DNA from: an uncultured virus (IMG/VR IMGVR_UViG_3300001477_000100)
Lineage: Duplodnaviria; Heunggongvirae; Uroviricota; Caudoviricetes
Reading direction: 5' to 3' (one strand)
IMG/VR virus record: IMGVR_UViG_3300001477_000100
Length of the DNA: 20,000 bases
The translations under genes and the position numbers were made by a program. Below the pieces are notes generated by a model that saw only the letters and a program-made list of their open reading frames with translations, was not told the DNA's origin and ran no database searches. Shown here piece after piece: positions 16,701 to 20,000 of this stretch (position 1 is the first letter of the stretch; each line of letters starts with the position of its first letter).

Positions 16701-17438
16701 ATGTCAAAGAAAATTAAAATAGATATTCCTAATAAGGTTAAGCCTAATCTTATTAGTTTATTTCATGAATACTTATCACGCAAGGCTAAAGAGCCTATTC
16801 ACAGTAGTTATGAAGATTGGGATGACTATGACGATATGGCTGCTTATTGGGATAGGGTATTTCCTGGTTGGGATGATGACATTGACGATGAGGGTGATGT
16901 TGTTTTCCCTCTCAAGAACAATGATGTCTTAATTTTGAATCCCAAAGGCAAAGGAAAGGGAAAGGGGAAGAAGAAAGACCCATTTCAAGATTTCTGGTCT
17001 CAAGAAGAGCGTGAAGAATCTTTTTACAAGGGTGGTAAGGGTAAGATGAAGCATAAGAAGGGCAAAAAGGCTAAAATGATAGACATAAATGCTCCTTATA
17101 GTGGCTATGAAGATGAATATAATTTAGATGATATTGGATTGGCGTGTTCATCGAATGAAGATGATACAGAATACAAGGAGATATGGTTTTATCCAGATTA
17201 TCATTGCAAGGACGATAAATTAGAATTCAACTCTATCAAAGAGTTCAATGATTACTGTGAAAGTCAAGGATATTTTGTATCTAGGGAAGTTGCCAATGAC
17301 TTAGCATGGAGATATGAGAGCCATTGTTGTTTGTGTCCAGAATCCGAGAAGATTGGTTTATTGGAAATAATGGCTGAACATAGTTATGGCGAAATGTTTT
17401 TTGAGGCTTGTGATGAACAAGAATTAGGTGACATGTAA
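16701..17438 (+). CDS. hypothetical protein with acidic/aromatic and KG-repeat low-complexity region and a C-terminal globular domain
   Basis: WDDYDD...WDDDIDD and KGKGKGKGKKK; C-terminal KEIWFY...F..I..F...S.G domain similar to the next gene. Confidence 0.9.
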   Translation: MSKKIKIDIPNKVKPNLISLFHEYLSRKAKEPIHSSYEDWDDYDDMAAYWDRVFPGWDDDIDDEGDVVFPLKNNDVLILNPKGKGKGKGKKKDPFQDFWSQEEREESFYKGGKGKMKHKKGKKAKMIDINAPYSGYEDEYNLDDIGLACSSNEDDTEYKEIWFYPDYHCKDDKLEFNSIKEFNDYCESQGYFVSREVANDLAWRYESHCCLCPESEKIGLLEIMAEHSYGEMFFEACDEQELGDM

Positions 17439-17443
17439 ACATT

Positions 17444-17953
17444 ATGAATAGAAGTAAAGAATTAAGAGATTTATTTAGAAGGTCGTTAATTAGCAAAAGG
17501 AAACAATCGACTACTACATATCGTTCTCCTTATTATGGTGGCAGTTACCCTAATAGTGTACATAGGATACCTGGTCAGTATAGTGAGGGTGAAATTCAGT
17601 TTAGCAAAGAGATACGTATATACTTTTACGAATGGTCTGATATTAGCAAGCAGCCACGTTGTTTTTATCAACTTGAGGCGTTTGAGAATTTCTTGAAGTC
17701 TAGTGGTATTTACATGCAATTATATCAGCGAGAGATTATTCAGAATCTTGGAACAGTATATGTCGCATGTTATACTGGAACAAAAAATCTAAATTTTCGT
17801 GCCTCATATAAGAACTTATCGGAGAGTATGAAGAAGCATGATGCATCCAAGTTGCTGTCGAATATGACCAATAATACTTCAAAGGTTCTTCAATGTGCGG
17901 CATACGAGCCAGATGGAAGATGGCCTCAGAATGACGGAACGTTCTTTGGTTAA
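17444..17953 (+). CDS. hypothetical protein, probable distant paralog of the 16701 gene
   Basis: LRDLFRRSLISK vs LISLFHEYLSRK; KEIRIYFY...FYQLEAFENFLKSSG vs KEIWFY...FNSIKEFNDYCESQG. Confidence 0.85.
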   Translation: MNRSKELRDLFRRSLISKRKQSTTTYRSPYYGGSYPNSVHRIPGQYSEGEIQFSKEIRIYFYEWSDISKQPRCFYQLEAFENFLKSSGIYMQLYQREIIQNLGTVYVACYTGTKNLNFRASYKNLSESMKKHDASKLLSNMTNNTSKVLQCAAYEPDGRWPQNDGTFFG

Positions 17954-17992
17954 GGAATTGGACTTAAATAAGTACAAGTTAGGGGTAGAAAT

Positions 17993-18030
17993 AAAAAAAG
18001 GATGAGGCTCAATTGGTCTCATCCTTTATT
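17993..18030. terminator. bidirectional intrinsic terminator between convergent blocks
   Basis: AAAGGATGAG...CTCATCCTTT perfect 10-bp stem flanked by an A run and T-rich sequence. Confidence 0.8.
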
Positions 18031-18083
18031 CGTTTAATATTATTTTTTCCGTTTGGGGTAAACTCTAATATAGTTTTATCCAT
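18009..18083 (-). CDS. possible 24-aa microprotein or cassette remnant
   Basis: MDKTILEFTPNGKNNIKRIKDETN*; ATG 16 nt downstream of repeat copy 2; ends inside the terminator. Confidence 0.3.
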   Translation of the reverse strand: MDKTILEFTPNGKNNIKRIKDETN

Positions 18084-18125
18084 AATAATATATTATTTGG
18101 ACTTAATTAAGTACAGCATAGGGGT

Positions 18126-18359
18126 TTATTCCCATTCTCTAAGCACGCATCTGAGTGATGTTACCCTTTCTCCATATTCTTCTCCAAAATGGAAGTCTAG
18201 GTATTGTTTTTCATTTTCAGCATCCCATTGTCCTCCACCTGGACGACCAGCATAGTTTCTTGCTTCACTAGGTTCTTTAGTGAATTCTATTTTACCTTCC
18301 GCTGTATCTAGCGTTTTTAGGTATTCATCGTTTGAGTTTTGTAGTAAATATCCGTACAT
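18126..18359 (-). CDS. small hypothetical protein (77 aa), paralog of the 18418 gene
   Basis: YLKTLDTAEGKIEFTKEPSEA vs YIKDIDFAQEKLTFTEDEDDA; AAGGA upstream; lies between repeat copies 2 and 3. Confidence 0.85.
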   Translation of the reverse strand: MYGYLLQNSNDEYLKTLDTAEGKIEFTKEPSEARNYAGRPGGGQWDAENEKQYLDFHFGEEYGERVTSLRCVLREWE

Positions 18360-18417
18360 AATTTTTATCCTTTTAGTGTGTTATTAGACTTAAATAAGTA
18401 CAATATGGGTGTTGCCA

Positions 18418-18636
18418 TTAATAGTATGCTGCTGTGCATTCTAGTTCTGCAACTTCTGGATACTCATCAACGAAATTCCTTCGAATTAAGTCTCTAGTTG
18501 GAATTGCATAGTATCCATCCCTTCCTCTGTATGCATCGTCTTCATCCTCAGTGAATGTAAGTTTTTCTTGAGCAAAGTCGATGTCTTTAATATACTTACG
18601 TTTTCCGTTTTTTTGATTAATGTAATATTTTGCCAT
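18418..18636 (-). CDS. small hypothetical protein (72 aa), paralog of the 18126 gene
   Basis: Similarity to the 18126 gene; has its own promoter; lies between repeat copies 3 and 4. Confidence 0.85.
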   Translation of the reverse strand: MAKYYINQKNGKRKYIKDIDFAQEKLTFTEDEDDAYRGRDGYYAIPTRDLIRRNFVDEYPEVAELECTAAYY

Positions 18637-18689
18637 GTCTTATTTAATAATTTACTGTCAGTATCCAATTGGATACAATATATACAGTG

Positions 18690-18721
18690 CAAAGATATGA
18701 AAAATAATCGAGAAAAGCAAA
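18690..18721 (-). promoter_or_regulatory. Bacteroidota primary-sigma promoter
   Basis: On the - strand: TTTG (18721-18718), 20 nt, TATCTTTG (18697-18690). Confidence 0.8.
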
Positions 18722-18777
18722 TTATTACGCTCAATAATATATAAATAGACTTAAATAAGTACAAAATGGGTTACTAT

Positions 18778-18918
18778 TCATGATGCTGTAATTACAGCCC
18801 CAAACTTCTTACCTTGTTCCTTGAGTTCATCAAATGTGATGATTCCTCCCCTATAATTGGAATATAACGCTAGTATAGCAACCTCATTGATTGTTTTACA
18901 ATGTATGTTTATTGCCAT
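18778..18918 (-). CDS. small hypothetical protein (46 aa)
   Basis: MAINIHCKTINEVAILALYSNYRGGIITFDELKEQGKKFGAVITAS; fills the space between repeat copies 4 and 5. Confidence 0.7.
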   Translation of the reverse strand: MAINIHCKTINEVAILALYSNYRGGIITFDELKEQGKKFGAVITAS

Positions 18919-18935
18919 TATGTATAATATAGACT

Positions 18936-18974
18936 TAAAAAAGTACAACCCCACTGTTTCAACAACAATGGGGT
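18936..18974 (-). terminator. intrinsic terminator fused to repeat copy 5
   Basis: On the - strand: ACCCCATTGTT-loop-AACAGTGGGGT followed by TGTACTTTTTT. Confidence 0.65.
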
Positions 18975-19010
18975 CAGTACTGTTAATATTAATACTAATT
19001 TAAATGTTGT

Positions 19011-19355
19011 TTACGCAACTCTCATTGATGAGAGTACCTTTTCCACCTCACGGCAGAGTTTTTCAAGAGAGTTGTAGCGCAATATGAAAGCACTACAGAA
19101 TGGGTCAGTTTTTGTGGACAATGTGAAATCTGGATACCAATGCACCTCTACACCGCAATGCTGTCCACTTTTGACGAGTTCCTTGACAGACAAGCCACCA
19201 AGTGTCAGAGCACCTTTTTTAAAACTTAGGGATGTTATAGTCGCCCCATTTAGTAGTGGTTTATCAAGCAAGTCATATAATTTGAGAACAAGGGCTTCAA
19301 CCTTTGGTGTAGGTTTATATAAAGCCCTTGCAATTTCCAAGTGTTCTTTCCTCAT
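19011..19355 (-). CDS. hypothetical protein (114 aa)
   Basis: ORF track; ATGA overlap with the upstream gene. Confidence 0.8.
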   Translation of the reverse strand: MRKEHLEIARALYKPTPKVEALVLKLYDLLDKPLLNGATITSLSFKKGALTLGGLSVKELVKSGQHCGVEVHWYPDFTLSTKTDPFCSAFILRYNSLEKLCREVEKVLSSMRVA

Positions 19356-19582
19356 GCCAAGTCAGTTAAGAAATACCACCAGTTATTTTTCACTTGCTCT
19401 TTAGAGAAACTTGTTTTATCATTAAGGATTTCTTGAAATTCTTTCAAATCCTCAAAGATTGCAGTATCTCCGTCAGCCAATGCCCAATCACTCAGTTCTC
19501 TGTCACTAAGTTTGTCAAGCGTCTCCTTGTCATAGTTTTCCTTTGGGAAACCCATAACTCTTACGTTAATGTTTTTATCCAT
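19352..19582 (-). CDS. hypothetical protein (76 aa)
   Basis: ORF track 19352..19663, but the promoter at 19611-19642 places the start at ATG 19582 (MDKNINV). Confidence 0.8.
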   Translation of the reverse strand: MDKNINVRVMGFPKENYDKETLDKLSDRELSDWALADGDTAIFEDLKEFQEILNDKTSFSKEQVKNNWWYFLTDLA

Positions 19583-19610
19583 TTCTTTTTGTTTTATTGC
19601 TTTTGTGGTG

Positions 19611-19642
19611 CAAAGGTACGAATTTATTTTGAAATAACCAAA
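19611..19642 (-). promoter_or_regulatory. Bacteroidota primary-sigma promoter (leftward)
   Basis: TTTG (19642-19639), 20 nt, TACCTTTG (19618-19611). Confidence 0.85.
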
Positions 19643-19735
19643 TTTTGAAGGAATTATTTTCAAAAAATTATTTTCACCTTATTATAATATATAAAAAGAA
19701 AAAATTATTATAAATTGAAAATAATTCTGTTTTTA

Positions 19736-19767
19736 TTTGGTGGAATGAATTTTTTTTCGTACCTTTG
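19736..19767 (+). promoter_or_regulatory. Bacteroidota primary-sigma promoter (rightward)
   Basis: TTTG (19736-19739), 20 nt, TACCTTTG (19760-19767). Confidence 0.85.
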
Positions 19768-19793
19768 CAGCGGAATTAAAGAATGAAGTGATT

Positions 19794-20000
19794 ATGGCAA
19801 GTAAGAAATTTACAATTGACGGACGTGAGTATGAGAGTTATCAGTTGAGTAACGAGCAGATTCTTCGTCTCATTAAAGATGATACCAAGGCTTGTTCTGA
19901 GGATAGAGATTTTCTCATGGAAAAGGTATTGGAACGTTTTGAGTATGACCTTTGCCCAAAATGTGGCGAGAATAGTGACGATGTGTTTGCACGTTTCTTT
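19794..20000 (+). CDS. hypothetical protein (partial, runs off the window)
   Basis: MASKKFTIDGREYESYQ...LCPKCGENSDDVFARFF is open to the window end; lies downstream of a promoter. Confidence 0.8.
   Translation, partial: MASKKFTIDGREYESYQLSNEQILRLIKDDTKACSEDRDFLMEKVLERFEYDLCPKCGENSDDVFARFF

Larger units (their letters stand above)
17961..18947. repeat. five dispersed direct copies of a 16-bp quasi-palindromic motif GACTTAAATAAGTACA
   Basis: Copies at 17961-17976, 18100-18115 (AATT centre), 18387-18402, 18748-18763, 18932-18947 (AAAA centre); all intergenic. Confidence 0.95.

Noticed and set aside
67..17719. Minus-strand and alternate-frame ORFs from the track (e.g. 1699-2001, 1901-2284, 4285-4548, 4440-4922, 5557-5781, 10489-10833, 15197-15514)
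   Set aside because: They overlap better-supported + strand genes and have shadow-ORF composition.
17961..18947. CRISPR array interpretation of the 16-bp repeats
   Set aside because: The repeat is too short, the spacers are 123-345 bp, irregular and contain genes or promoters, and no cas genes are in the window.
18013..19663. ORFs 18013-18255, 18486-18764, 19084-19404, 19394-19648 and the N-terminal extension 19583-19663
   Set aside because: They overlap - strand genes, promoters or repeats and are shadows of the supported features.
1..20000. Stop-codon recoding (TAG or TGA read-through, as in Lak or some crAss-like phages)
   Set aside because: Genes are intact and tightly packed under the standard code; TGA stops overlap or abut next starts; the TAG at 3470 matches the position of TAA stops in its paralogs.

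Overview
AT-rich, gene-dense window with no hallmark housekeeping or virion gene. It is best read as an accessory/early region of a large phage infecting a Bacteroidota host. This is an inference from five TTTG-N19/20-TAnnTTTG Bacteroidota-type promoters, stop/start coupling, and many short hypothetical genes; the standard genetic code fits. Block 1 (1-10.5 kb, + strand) holds small mosaic genes: three proteins built from shared box-delimited modules, three paralogs of one family, a lipoprotein, Zn-ribbon and membrane microproteins, a SprT-like metallopeptidase and decayed remnants. Block 2 (10.55-15.8 kb, +) is strongly A/C-skewed and ends in a tandem array of 5-6 highly diverged paralogs. 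At about 15.87 kb the strand skew flips to G/T-rich although genes stay on the + strand, and an IHF-like site lies at the switch (candidate replication origin). Block 3 (16.1-17.95 kb, +) includes a paralog pair. Block 4 (17.96-19.6 kb, - strand) has small genes separated by five copies of a 16-bp quasi-palindromic repeat (GACTTAAATAAGTACA), which looks like a repeat-delimited gene-cassette array. A divergent promoter pair follows it.
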